From an uncultured Verrucomicrobiae bacterium (GTDB lineage Bacteria > Verrucomicrobiota > Verrucomicrobiia > Limisphaerales > Palsa-1400): DNA of 64,000 nt. Made by a program: the position numbers and the translations under genes. This document shows, piece after piece, positions 29,308 to 38,524 of this stretch (the stretch's first letter is position 1; each line of letters starts with the position of its first letter). The notes under the pieces were generated by a model. The model was not told the origin of the DNA. It worked only from the letters and a program-made list of their open reading frames with translations, and did no database searches. Location: assembly GCA_963764165.1 (NCBI GenBank), contig CAVXRD010000003.1:128001-192000 (forward strand), read 5' to 3'.

Positions 29308-29775
29308 TCAACGATCCTTGATCCGTTTGAGCCAAGTGCGGTCCTCAGCAGAAAGTTCCGGGAACAGCCTTAAACCGCAGGCGTGAGCGATGGCCCTGCA
29401 GCCGCTTGCGGAATCAAAGCTGAGAAACCATTGGCAACCGAAACGGCGAGCAGCGGCAATATGCAACATGTCCAGCGTGCCTACGTTCGACCGTGACGCA
29501 TATCGTCGAAACAAATCTGCGGCCATCACCACCATCTCTTCAAATGTATAACCGCAATCCACGTACAGCCGCGCTTTCAGATCGGATTCCAGCGCCATCA
29601 GGCGATCCCCAGCGCGCCAAAAATTGCACCGGCACTCCGCTATCACAACCGTGCTGACAACAAGAGTGGATGGCCCTTTTTCAGCCCAGGCGGCGACGGC
29701 GTTACGGTCACGAGTCTGGTAATAAAGAGAGAAGAGCCAGTTTGTGTCCGCAAAGGCTATTCTGGTTTGAGGCAT
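29308..29775 (-). CDS. PIN-domain (VapC-like) toxin
   Basis: FADTN, V.AE, GTLD.LH.A.A, FLSFD. Confidence 0.85.
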   Translation of the reverse strand: MPQTRIAFADTNWLFSLYYQTRDRNAVAAWAEKGPSTLVVSTVVIAECRCNFWRAGDRLMALESDLKARLYVDCGYTFEEMVVMAADLFRRYASRSNVGTLDMLHIAAARRFGCQWFLSFDSASGCRAIAHACGLRLFPELSAEDRTWLKRIKDR

Positions 29776-29957
29776 AGCTCGTAGGCCTTGGGATCAGCTT
29801 CCGGCGCCGGCCGTTTCAACACTTCTCGCCAATCCGGTGGCTGCCTTTGCGACAACTCGCGCTCCACTAACTCGTTGAGCTTCTCACTCACGTTTCCAAA
29901 GGCTTCCTGCAATTGCTTCTTTGTCCGCTTGGGACGGAATGTAATAGTTTCGCGCAC
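29757..29957 (-). CDS. Putative antitoxin partner of the PIN toxin (GTG start)
   Basis: Small basic/helical ORF overlapping the toxin start; TTGACA-16-TACCAT just upstream. Confidence 0.65.
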   Translation of the reverse strand: MRETITFRPKRTKKQLQEAFGNVSEKLNELVERELSQRQPPDWREVLKRPAPEADPKAYELCLKPE

Positions 29958-30009
29958 ACCAAAATGGTAAGACAATCCTTCCCAATGTCAACGGCAAGCA
30001 GCACACCGC

Positions 30010-31170
30010 CTATTGCGCGAGAATGGCATCCATGTTTCGGTAGATGTCGCGGCAGAGGGAGACGTGGGAGCCGGCGGCGGCGCCGGGCGGGTTCAAATTG
30101 TGTTTTTTGTAAAGGCGCGCGAATTCTCGCCGGGCTTGGCGGTAGTATTCGCGGCCGGGCGGTTTTGAATCGGCAGTCACCGAACCCGGCGTGGGCATCC
30201 ACACGGAAAAGGCGGGAACGATGCCACGGTTCGCCAGCCATTCGGCTCCGGCAATCATGTCGTCGAGCGGTTCCAAACCGGCGACGAGGCCGCTGAAAGC
30301 CTTGTTCGGGCCGAATTTTTCCGCGATGTGCTCAAGGGCGCGCAATTGACCGGCGCGGGTGATGTGCCGCGCATGGCCGGGCGCGATGCGCGCGTGCAAT
30401 TCGGGGTTCCACACATGCAAATCATGCGCCACGCGGTCGGCGCCCGCTTCAAAAAGTTGGTCGACGTCGGAAGGATTTTTTGGCGCGGTGATGTAACAAT
30501 AAATTTCGGATTTGATTTTCTCCAGGCCGACCAATCGATCAATCGTCCGCAGCAATTCCGCATAGCGCTGGCATTCTGTCTGGCTGCCGAAAAGTGTTCC
30601 AGCAGTCAGTTGGACTTCTTGAACGCCCGCATTTTCGATGGCCCAACCGATGATCTCCGCAACCTCCGCATTGGAAGGGCTCGGAAGATTGTAACCCGCC
30701 ATTTCAGCTTTCACCTGGAAACAGAACGAGCATGTCTCACGCGTTTTCACGTAATCGCACGACCACAGATAAAAGAACGCGAGCGTCGAGCGGCCTTCCA
30801 GGACGGCAACGGAACCGAACGAATGGCCGCCAGATGTCTTCTGTTGATAATAGGCGCTCGACGCCGGGAAGGTAACCTCTGCCACCGGCATCGCGTCCTC
30901 GAACAAAACGGGCTTCCCGTCTTGCAGACCAAGCGCGAACGGCGAATTCTCTTCGGCGTGCAAATGGACGGCCACTTCTCCGGGAAGAATCATGCAGTTG
31001 CAGGCGTAGGGATTGCTCGGCGGCTCCAATCGCGCCCAATCGGCCACCGCCTCGTAAACCTCCTGCGGATATCGAACACCTGCGCCGATCAACGCGCATT
31101 TAAGATCGAGCGAGTTCAGCGCGTCCGTCGCGGCGGGTGAATTATTCGTGCATGTCGTTGAGGCGATCAT
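30010..31170 (-). CDS. Radical SAM protein with non-canonical CX8CX2C motif (MSMEG_0568/NitD-like clade)
   Basis: SPF N-terminal domain, CDYVKTRETCSFC, LTAGT, P.....PG, L.AGLEP, GIVP. Confidence 0.8.
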   Translation of the reverse strand: MIASTTCTNNSPAATDALNSLDLKCALIGAGVRYPQEVYEAVADWARLEPPSNPYACNCMILPGEVAVHLHAEENSPFALGLQDGKPVLFEDAMPVAEVTFPASSAYYQQKTSGGHSFGSVAVLEGRSTLAFFYLWSCDYVKTRETCSFCFQVKAEMAGYNLPSPSNAEVAEIIGWAIENAGVQEVQLTAGTLFGSQTECQRYAELLRTIDRLVGLEKIKSEIYCYITAPKNPSDVDQLFEAGADRVAHDLHVWNPELHARIAPGHARHITRAGQLRALEHIAEKFGPNKAFSGLVAGLEPLDDMIAGAEWLANRGIVPAFSVWMPTPGSVTADSKPPGREYYRQARREFARLYKKHNLNPPGAAAGSHVSLCRDIYRNMDAILAQ

Positions 31171-31765
31171 TGTCAAAGCCAGAGAACGTATACCCGATTC
31201 CCGCGCCAAAGCCAAAGCCATACAGCAAACCCCATGCTAATTTCGCCAGGAGTCCGGCCTGTTCCTTGGTTAATCCGCCGGCCGTTGCGCCGTGGCTGCT
31301 TATCAACGCCATTGCCTTGCCGCCCAGAAAGTATCCCGCCGAGTGCGCGATAAACACCACTGCGCACGTTCGCAGAAAATTGCCACCACCCAGACGCCAG
31401 CGCGCCAGCGCCACAAAAGCAACGCTGCCCAGGAGCGAGGCGAGCCATTCACCCAAGCCAAAATGAAGAAGGAACCAGCTCCCGCTCCAAACAATCCCGT
31501 AAGCCAAAAACGCCGGGATAAAAACCGCGTAAAATCGCGCCAATCGATTCGCGCCGCGAAGGAGGGGATGCAGGAGCAGTCCGGACGACCCAAGAAACAC
31601 AATCGCGCAGGCTGCGAATAATCCACCTTCGCCCAGACGCGCGTACAGCCATTTTCCACCGATCGCCCACACCGCGAAGCCCAGGACGCTAACCAGCGCA
31701 AAACCGAACGCGCCGAGACCCATGGCGGCGGCTGTTCCTGGCTTTGTTTCGTTGGAAGATTTCAT
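31142..31765 (-). CDS. Gly-rich integral membrane protein
   Basis: About six hydrophobic helices; ATGA-coupled to the MFS gene. Confidence 0.75.
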   Translation of the reverse strand: MKSSNETKPGTAAAMGLGAFGFALVSVLGFAVWAIGGKWLYARLGEGGLFAACAIVFLGSSGLLLHPLLRGANRLARFYAVFIPAFLAYGIVWSGSWFLLHFGLGEWLASLLGSVAFVALARWRLGGGNFLRTCAVVFIAHSAGYFLGGKAMALISSHGATAGGLTKEQAGLLAKLAWGLLYGFGFGAGIGYTFSGFDNDRLNDMHE

Positions 31766-33018
31766 AATGCTTGAGGATGATTTTCGCTTTGCGCGGGAAG
31801 GGACACCCGCCACGCCATGAACGCCAACACCAAAACAACCGCCGCCAGAATCATTAGTACCGGCGTATAGGAACCTGTCATCTCAGCGCATTTGGCAAAC
31901 AGAAGCGGGCCGAGCGCCGAGGACACGACCGTCAACAATTGCGCCGCTCCTTGTATCCGGCCCAAATGAACAGGTCCAAACGCCTGCCCCCAGATGGAAA
32001 AGAAAACCACTGTGATGAATCCCGCGGCGCCGCCCACCAGCCCCGCGAAAATCCAAAGATGAGTGGCAGTCATGATGAACGGCAGCATCAGCAAGGCAAC
32101 CGTGTAGCTCAAAAGGCCAATGGCCATGAGAGTCTGAAAGGAACGTCGCAAGGCCAGCCAACCGCAGACAAGCTGGCCCGCAAGGGCAAACATCGTCGTG
32201 ACGGCGAGGAAGTTGTGGTAAGCCTTCTGGTCAAACCCATGTTCGGCGAGAACGGCTTCGTTGAACAAACCAAGCCCCGAAGAAACCAGATTGAACATCG
32301 CCGCCGCCAAACCGAACGTCCAGAACGCTGGAGTCTTGAGCGCCTGCAAAAGGCTCAAGCTCGAAGCCGTGTCTGACCACTGCGTCTTTGCTTTCGCTCC
32401 CAATCGATCATTGCGAAGAAAAAGCAGTGAGGCGGGCGCAATTCCCAACGCAAGCGCGAATGCAATTTGCCGCCACGCCGCTCGCCACCCGTGATCCGTC
32501 ACGGCAGCGCCGACCACGACAAATCCCACCACGAAAAATGCGCTCAAGAGGAAGGAATAAATTCCCATCGCCAGCCCCATCCGTTTGCCGAACGCCCGTC
32601 CAGCCACCGTAATGCTTGCCACCGAAAGCGCGCTTTGCCCAAAGGCTCGTGTCAACAACAGCAGCACAAAAAGCCCGGTCAATCCGCCCGTAAAAAGGCT
32701 CATTCGCCAAACCGTTCCCGCCAGCAGGAGGACAAGCGCGGTTGCCACCCATTTTGAGCCCAGCCTGTCCATGAGATGCCCGGCCGGAAAACAAAATGCC
32801 GCTCCCAGCAAAGTGGCCCAAAGATTGATCGCCGCGTAGCCGACGCGGTCAAGATGAAGGTCTTTCAGAAGCGGTTCGGTGATAAGCCCCAGCCCCTGCG
32901 TGCGCCCCGGGAGCGTCGCCACCATCAGCAGCGCAGCGATGGTGATGGAAATCCATCCCCAATTGAACACACCGCGCCCGTCCTTCGAGGCAATCGCAAC
33001 ACGCGAAGCCGATGTCAT
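31762..33018 (-). CDS. MFS transporter
   Basis: About 12 TM segments, G.LMDRLG motif A, FG..HLGRI.G. Confidence 0.9.
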   Translation of the reverse strand: MTSASRVAIASKDGRGVFNWGWISITIAALLMVATLPGRTQGLGLITEPLLKDLHLDRVGYAAINLWATLLGAAFCFPAGHLMDRLGSKWVATALVLLLAGTVWRMSLFTGGLTGLFVLLLLTRAFGQSALSVASITVAGRAFGKRMGLAMGIYSFLLSAFFVVGFVVVGAAVTDHGWRAAWRQIAFALALGIAPASLLFLRNDRLGAKAKTQWSDTASSLSLLQALKTPAFWTFGLAAAMFNLVSSGLGLFNEAVLAEHGFDQKAYHNFLAVTTMFALAGQLVCGWLALRRSFQTLMAIGLLSYTVALLMLPFIMTATHLWIFAGLVGGAAGFITVVFFSIWGQAFGPVHLGRIQGAAQLLTVVSSALGPLLFAKCAEMTGSYTPVLMILAAVVLVLAFMAWRVSLPAQSENHPQAL

Positions 33019-33118
33019 AATCGACGCATTGCACTGTTATCACGGTTGGCCTTCCGCATAGCCCCAAGTTTAGACAAATCGCCCTCGTGAAATCAATCAC
33101 CGCCAATTCACTTTGAGT

Positions 33119-33212
33119 GGAGATACGGCTGTGTTCGAGGGAGCGAAGCGAGGAAGAATCAGCCGCGGCGCGTCGCAATCCATCGGGGAGCTGATCGGTC
33201 AACGTGCTGCGA
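33119..33212. repeat. Degenerate family D repeat
   Basis: GGAGATACGGCTGTGTTCG...CAGCCGCGGCGCGT resembles the arm at 13422. Confidence 0.5.
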
Positions 33213-33648
33213 CGCGTGAAGGCTGGCGTCCGTCATCCGCCTTTAACGGGCTATTAGCGGCGGACCTGAATTAACTGCGCGCGGTAGTTCAAGTATTTCA
33301 ACCTCAGGGTAAAACCCTCAGCGGCGCCTCATTACCGTCGCTTATCGGGTTGTCGAGGATCGAACCTGCAATCAGGCGGGGAAAGAAACTATTCTTTACT
33401 GAGTCGGGCTGCTTACGGTGGGGCATCCCTCGTTTCGCAGGGAAGCTGCCGGGTTGCCCGAAGAGCCTCGGTGGGGAATTTTCACCGCCAAGGAGGGGGA
33501 GGTGGCTCACTGGAAATTGAGGCCTCGTCTCAAATCAGCCGGCGCAAACATTGACAGGTTCATGTTGAACGGATCGCTGGCGAGGACGGGCAGGTGAACA
33601 CCCACCACGCTCTCTTGACGAAAAATGAATCGGAGGTCTGCAAAAATT

Positions 33649-34959
33649 ATGAATTACGCAAAAATGAAACTCACCGCCCTGGCTTGCATCCTGAGCCTGG
33701 GAGCCAGCATTTGCACGAGCAATGCCTGGTACAATTACGGATATGTTCGCTGCGATGCCAATCAGAGCCATGTCTACGACGTGAGCGATCCGGGCGTGCA
33801 AAGCCTGCTCGTCGTCACGACAAACATCAGCGGCACTTATTCCAACGCAAACTGGACCGAAGCCTCCGGGTTTTTCATTGTTCAATGCAGTAATTCCGAC
33901 ACCTACGTCAGCTACATCCATCCGGCAACGCTCCCGCCCGGCACCACCGAAGTGCTGCCGCAAACGTGGACCTTTACGCTCACGGACACAAGCGATATGG
34001 CCAGCAACAATTTTCTGATCGAGAACGACGGCTGCGTGAGCGCGGTTGCCTGCGGCCCGATGGAGACGAGCATCAATGCGGATATCGGCGGCGCGAGCAT
34101 CGCGGAAGGCAACACCATCTGGCTTGATGCCATCGCCGATTTCAGCGGCGTCGATGTCACCAACGGCACCATTGTTTCCTTCAAGAGCGCCACGATCACA
34201 TCCGACCAAATTAACGTTGCCGTGCCTGACACCACGATCACGTTCTCCACCAACGCCACCAATTCCACCGTATTTTACGACACGAACGCCAACGCTTGGA
34301 GCGTAACGGTTCCCGTCACGACCAAGAGGGACATTTTCTTCGGCGGAGTTCCGTTCCTGGCCACCAACAACATCCAGGTCGGCCGCAACGATGAGCTGAC
34401 GTGGACGGGTTATTTTTACTCCTCAACCGAGGCTGTTTCCGCAAGCTGGAAATTCGGAGCCGCCATTTACAACACCGCTCGCTATTCCGACCTTTTTGCG
34501 AATTTGAATGAAGACGATATCCTTGCTGTTGCCGGGACCGGCCGCAATTCAGACGATGCGGGGACGCCCGAGGGAATCGTTGGCGGCGTGACAATTAAGA
34601 ACACCACGGTCGGCGGGGGTGGATACTGTGGCGCAGGCCATGTGGCGGCGTTCTACACCACCAACGCCATCACCGGCTGCGGCACTCCCACTCGGAACCC
34701 GGCGCCGACCCATTGCGCTCCTGGCTGGCACTGGGACACATTCCCCGGCGACGGCCGCTGCGGCATCTCGGGTGGGTTCACCAATTATCCCGGCGGGCTG
34801 ACTAATACGATTTACGGTTGGTGCGGATACGGATGCGGCGAAAGTGGAGAAGGCGGTCATGCCGGCCAGAGCGGGCAAGGCGGCCAATGTGGAAGCCAAG
34901 GCGGCTACGCCGGCCAAGCCGGGCAAGGAGGTTGCAACACTGGCGGTCGTGGCCGGTAA
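33649..34959 (+). CDS. Secreted Thr/Asn-rich protein with a Gly/Cys/Gln-rich tail
   Basis: GGAGG RBS, signal peptide ending SNA-W, C-terminal GG.AGQ.GQGG.C repeats. Confidence 0.75.
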   Translation: MNYAKMKLTALACILSLGASICTSNAWYNYGYVRCDANQSHVYDVSDPGVQSLLVVTTNISGTYSNANWTEASGFFIVQCSNSDTYVSYIHPATLPPGTTEVLPQTWTFTLTDTSDMASNNFLIENDGCVSAVACGPMETSINADIGGASIAEGNTIWLDAIADFSGVDVTNGTIVSFKSATITSDQINVAVPDTTITFSTNATNSTVFYDTNANAWSVTVPVTTKRDIFFGGVPFLATNNIQVGRNDELTWTGYFYSSTEAVSASWKFGAAIYNTARYSDLFANLNEDDILAVAGTGRNSDDAGTPEGIVGGVTIKNTTVGGGGYCGAGHVAAFYTTNAITGCGTPTRNPAPTHCAPGWHWDTFPGDGRCGISGGFTNYPGGLTNTIYGWCGYGCGESGEGGHAGQSGQGGQCGSQGGYAGQAGQGGCNTGGRGR

Positions 34960-34983
34960 TTCACGCTGAACATTCATTCTCGC

Positions 34984-35014
34984 GGCGGAGCGCCTGACGG
35001 CCTCCGCCTTTTTT
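34984..35014 (+). terminator. Rho-independent terminator
   Basis: GGCGGAG/CTCCGCC stem followed by T6. Confidence 0.75.
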
Positions 35015-35040
35015 GTTTTTCCTCCGTCATTTTGAGTGGC

Positions 35041-35077
35041 AGCGCGGCTGTGTAGAAGACCAGCCGCAGCGCGTTGC
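35041..35077. repeat. Family D half-element
   Basis: AGCGCGGCTGTGTAGAAGACCAGCCGCAGCGCGTTGC is nearly the reverse complement of the right arm of 13422-13528. Confidence 0.7.
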
Positions 35078-35343
35078 GCCGACACGGGCGCCTCTCTTGG
35101 TCGAGATGCATTTGCGAACCACCCAGTTCCAATCACACGCGGCTTTCTCGCCGTCGTGTTTTGTTCTCCAAAACAAATCGATAATACGCGGGCATCGCGG
35201 CTGTGACCAAAGGCTGGCGGTTTCTCAATCGATGGCCGTCAACTCCGCGCTCATGTTTCTGCTGGGGATGCCGCGGCATGGCGATTGGCCTGCCGCGCTG
35301 CATCTGGCGGAATAGGTGGGAGTGGGCGAGAAAAATTGAATTG

Positions 35344-35425
35344 GCCACAGACGGACACAGATCAACACAGATCCAAAGCGGGCTGTTCATCAGAAAATCT
35401 GTGTAAATCTGTGTAAATCTGTGGC
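35344..35425. repeat. Periodic inverted repeat, family B
   Basis: GCCACAGACGGACACAGATCAACACAGAT ... ATCTGTGTAAATCTGTGTAAATCTGTGGC. Confidence 0.85.
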
Positions 35426-35533
35426 TCAACGTTCCCTTTTTCGAATCAATGGGATTCCTCGCCGGCGCCGCGCGCAGAATATAATCCCGACTGGTTGAAC
35501 CTTTTCTGGTTTTCGGCATTCCACTGATTGTAA

Positions 35534-36082
35534 ATGCTGGTGGTGGATGAAGACGAACAACTGCCCGTTGCGGAGGCCAGGGCCGGAGAACCGGCAGCTT
35601 GGGAATCGCTTTTCCGCCGCTACCAACTGCCGGTTTACGTCTATGTTTTTGAGTTGGTCCATAATGAGCAGGCGAGCCTCGACATTGTGCAGGAATCGTT
35701 CGTCGCGGCCACGCGCCACATCGGGAACCTCCGCGAGGACGCCAAATTCGGAAGCTGGCTTTTTGGCATTGCGCATCAGAAATGCATTCAACGCTGGCGA
35801 AAGCAGGATAGAGAATCCGCTGCCTTGGAGGAAATTTCCGCGGAACCCGAACGTTTCGAGGATGACCCCGTCGAGTTGCTCATTCGCCGGGAACAGGAGG
35901 AGGAGTTTATGAAGTTGCTGAGTCAATTGTCGCCAGCGCAGCGAGCCGTTTTGCTGCTGCATTTTCTCGAAGGCTTTTCGGTGGGGGAAATCGCCCGCAT
36001 TACCAATTCGACTCTCGGGACGGTGAAATCGCGCATGCACTACGCCAAAAAAGCGTTGAGAAAATTAATGGAGACCCCATGA
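35534..36082 (+). CDS. ECF sigma-70 factor
   Basis: D.VQE.F, F.SWL..IA region 2; L..L...QR, EIA......GTVKSR region 4. Confidence 0.93.
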   Translation: MLVVDEDEQLPVAEARAGEPAAWESLFRRYQLPVYVYVFELVHNEQASLDIVQESFVAATRHIGNLREDAKFGSWLFGIAHQKCIQRWRKQDRESAALEEISAEPERFEDDPVELLIRREQEEEFMKLLSQLSPAQRAVLLLHFLEGFSVGEIARITNSTLGTVKSRMHYAKKALRKLMETP

Positions 36083-36501
36083 AGACACCCCGCGATATTT
36101 TGTTCCTCCGGCATCGCTCAGCGGAATCCAAATTGGATGCGATTTCGCGCGGTGTCTTGAATCGGCTGCTTCCGGAAAAACCTTCGTCGCCACTCTTCTC
36201 GCTTATTTCGTTGCCGCGAGCTTTTTGGATGGAAGTGGTGTGGCCTGCGCGGCGAATTTGGATTGGGTTGGCGGCGGTGTGGATATTCATACTTGCCGCT
36301 GATCTTGATTTCCGCGCCGAGACGCCGCAACGAACCGCAGCCGTGGCATCGGATGGCGGGACGTTAGTTTTTGCCTATCGCGAAACGGAATTGTGGATGT
36401 CCGATTTCAGTGGAGGCCCGGCCCTGAAAAAGGAACAGCCATCGGAACCCGCTGCGCAGCCGCCGCGTTCCCAGCGCCGCTCCATTTTCGTCATCATTTA
36501 A
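36079..36501 (+). CDS. Putative membrane anti-sigma factor
   Basis: ATGA-coupled to the sigma gene; one TM helix (WIGLAAVWI); P.PRS C-terminus. Confidence 0.6.
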   Translation: MKTPRDILFLRHRSAESKLDAISRGVLNRLLPEKPSSPLFSLISLPRAFWMEVVWPARRIWIGLAAVWIFILAADLDFRAETPQRTAAVASDGGTLVFAYRETELWMSDFSGGPALKKEQPSEPAAQPPRSQRRSIFVII

Positions 36502-36522
36502 CGTCAACAAGAGGATTGCAGC

Positions 36523-38292
36523 ATGGATGCAGCCAGCATACAGAAACCGCGCCCGCGTCGCCGGCTTGCTTGGCGGATTGTCCGGGTAACGGCAATCTCG
36601 GCGGCGTGTCTCGCGACGCTGATCGCGATGTTTTACACCGAGGAAAATTGGCGGGGCAAACGCGCGTGGGACCAATTCAAAAAGGAATTGCTGGCCAAGG
36701 GCGAAATGATTGAGTGGTCGGCTTTGATTCCTCCCCCCGTTCCTGACGAAAAGAACTTCTTCAAAGCGCCCGGCATTGCCGAAACAGATTGGCAAGATCG
36801 TGGGGAACACGATTTGGCAAAGAGCTTCTCAAAGGTGCTTCTCCGCGGAGGCACAAATTCGCAGGTCTTGGGCGAAGCGGAGATCGTGTCACCTGGCCGA
36901 CCGGATGCCGTTTCAATCGATGCGAGCATCGCGCCGTCCGAGGTTCGAAAGTGGCTCGCAAACGAACTGGGCAAAAGCACGGTTTCAGCATTGGGATTCT
37001 CTGTCATTGCGAAACATCTCGACCGTTCGGGCACAGCTCGAATCAGGCTGGCCGCGAGCAAACCGCTCACGGCGCTGGAGGTCGGGCGATTGTTTCACGA
37101 CGCTCTCGCGCCGTTTCCCAAGCCTGGAAACTGGAGCGAGATTCTGGTGAAACCTGCCGCCACCAACGCGTTCACTCTTACGTTCAGCATCCCTCCTGTT
37201 TCGGCGGCGGAATGGCTGAAACAAAACGCTGTTCTCGATCCAGACATCGATTCGATTCGCGAAGCTCTTCAACGGCCATTCGCTCGGATGGCCGGTGATT
37301 ATTCGGAACCTCTCCATGTGCCTATTCCCAATTTCATCACGCTGCGCACAGTGGCGCAGACTCTCTCGGATCGCGCCAAATGCCATCTTCTTCTTGACGA
37401 ACCGGATATGGCGCTGCGTGATTTGACGTTGCTGCATGAACTGGCAAGCATGCTTGAAGCCCGCCCGACCGGCCAGCCGACAACTCTTTTAGCCTCGATG
37501 ATTGCAGTCGCCATCACCGGGCTTTACGTGGACACCATCGCGGATGGTTTTCGATTGGGATGCTGGCAGGAGCCCCAATTCGCGCCCATGCAGCAACAGC
37601 TTTCACAGACTTACCTGATTCCGATCGTGACCCGATCATTCATGTGTGAACAGCTTTATGAAACTTCAGGTTTTGAGAAAGGCACGCTCCCGGCGGAATC
37701 CAAAGGGCATCGCGATATATTCAAGGTGTGGCGAAACTGGTGGGAAATGATGCGAGACCCATCTTCTCGTTTTTTGGCGCTTTCGCCGCGCGGATGGATC
37801 TATCGGAACATGATTAATTTGTGGCAACTGCCGGCGAATTCGGAAGTTGGCGATGTTTCCAATGCCATCATCTATCCGCAAAGGGCCAGGGCGCGGAAAG
37901 ACGCGCTCGCGTCAGAATCGCCACGGGCGCCGTATTCGTACCTGTGTGCGATTCTTATCCCAAACACGATAAAGGCATGGCAGAAAACGGCCCACCAACA
38001 AACCCGAGTCAACGAAGCTCTCATTGCCTGCGCGTTGGAGCGCTACCACATTGCCAACCACAGCTACCCGGAAACGCTGGACGCATTGGTTCCCCGATTT
38101 GCGGAAAAATTGCCTCACGATCTTATCGGCGGCGGACCGTTGCACTATCGGAGAACCAACAATGGGTCGTTCGTGCTCTACTCGATTGGGTGGAACGAAA
38201 AGGATGACGGCGGCAAAAGCGAACTGGACGGCGCCGGCAACGAATCCGAGGAGACAGGAGATTGGGTTTGGCGGGCCGTGCAAAATGAGTAG
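36523..38292 (+). CDS. Membrane-anchored hypothetical protein with a GspG-like C-terminal segment
   Basis: N-terminal TM plus EENWRG; ALERY....YPETL.ALVP, LYS.G....DDGG. Confidence 0.7.
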   Translation: MDAASIQKPRPRRRLAWRIVRVTAISAACLATLIAMFYTEENWRGKRAWDQFKKELLAKGEMIEWSALIPPPVPDEKNFFKAPGIAETDWQDRGEHDLAKSFSKVLLRGGTNSQVLGEAEIVSPGRPDAVSIDASIAPSEVRKWLANELGKSTVSALGFSVIAKHLDRSGTARIRLAASKPLTALEVGRLFHDALAPFPKPGNWSEILVKPAATNAFTLTFSIPPVSAAEWLKQNAVLDPDIDSIREALQRPFARMAGDYSEPLHVPIPNFITLRTVAQTLSDRAKCHLLLDEPDMALRDLTLLHELASMLEARPTGQPTTLLASMIAVAITGLYVDTIADGFRLGCWQEPQFAPMQQQLSQTYLIPIVTRSFMCEQLYETSGFEKGTLPAESKGHRDIFKVWRNWWEMMRDPSSRFLALSPRGWIYRNMINLWQLPANSEVGDVSNAIIYPQRARARKDALASESPRAPYSYLCAILIPNTIKAWQKTAHQQTRVNEALIACALERYHIANHSYPETLDALVPRFAEKLPHDLIGGGPLHYRRTNNGSFVLYSIGWNEKDDGGKSELDGAGNESEETGDWVWRAVQNE

Positions 38293-38524
38293 AGCCCCAG
38301 GAATCGAAATTGCCACAGTTCAACCCACATGAAGAAAATTGTGGGTTTGCTGTTCAATCCTCCTGGCCTTCCCGGCAGACTTTCGCAAGGACCGTGAGCG
38401 CCGCACCGCCGGTAAAGCAGCGTGCCTGAGACTTGTTTCAGCAAGGCAGCGACGGACGCGAAGAAATTTGTCCAACGCCGCTCGCGCGCTTGTTTTCCGC
38501 GCCTGTTGGTTTCATAATGGACGG

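Noticed and set aside
33395..33470. c-di-GMP-I riboswitch call
   Set aside because: Only the 3' GCCGGGTTGCC resembles it; the GGCAAAC, GAAA tetraloop and GACGCAAAGC elements are absent. Kept only as an unknown structured region
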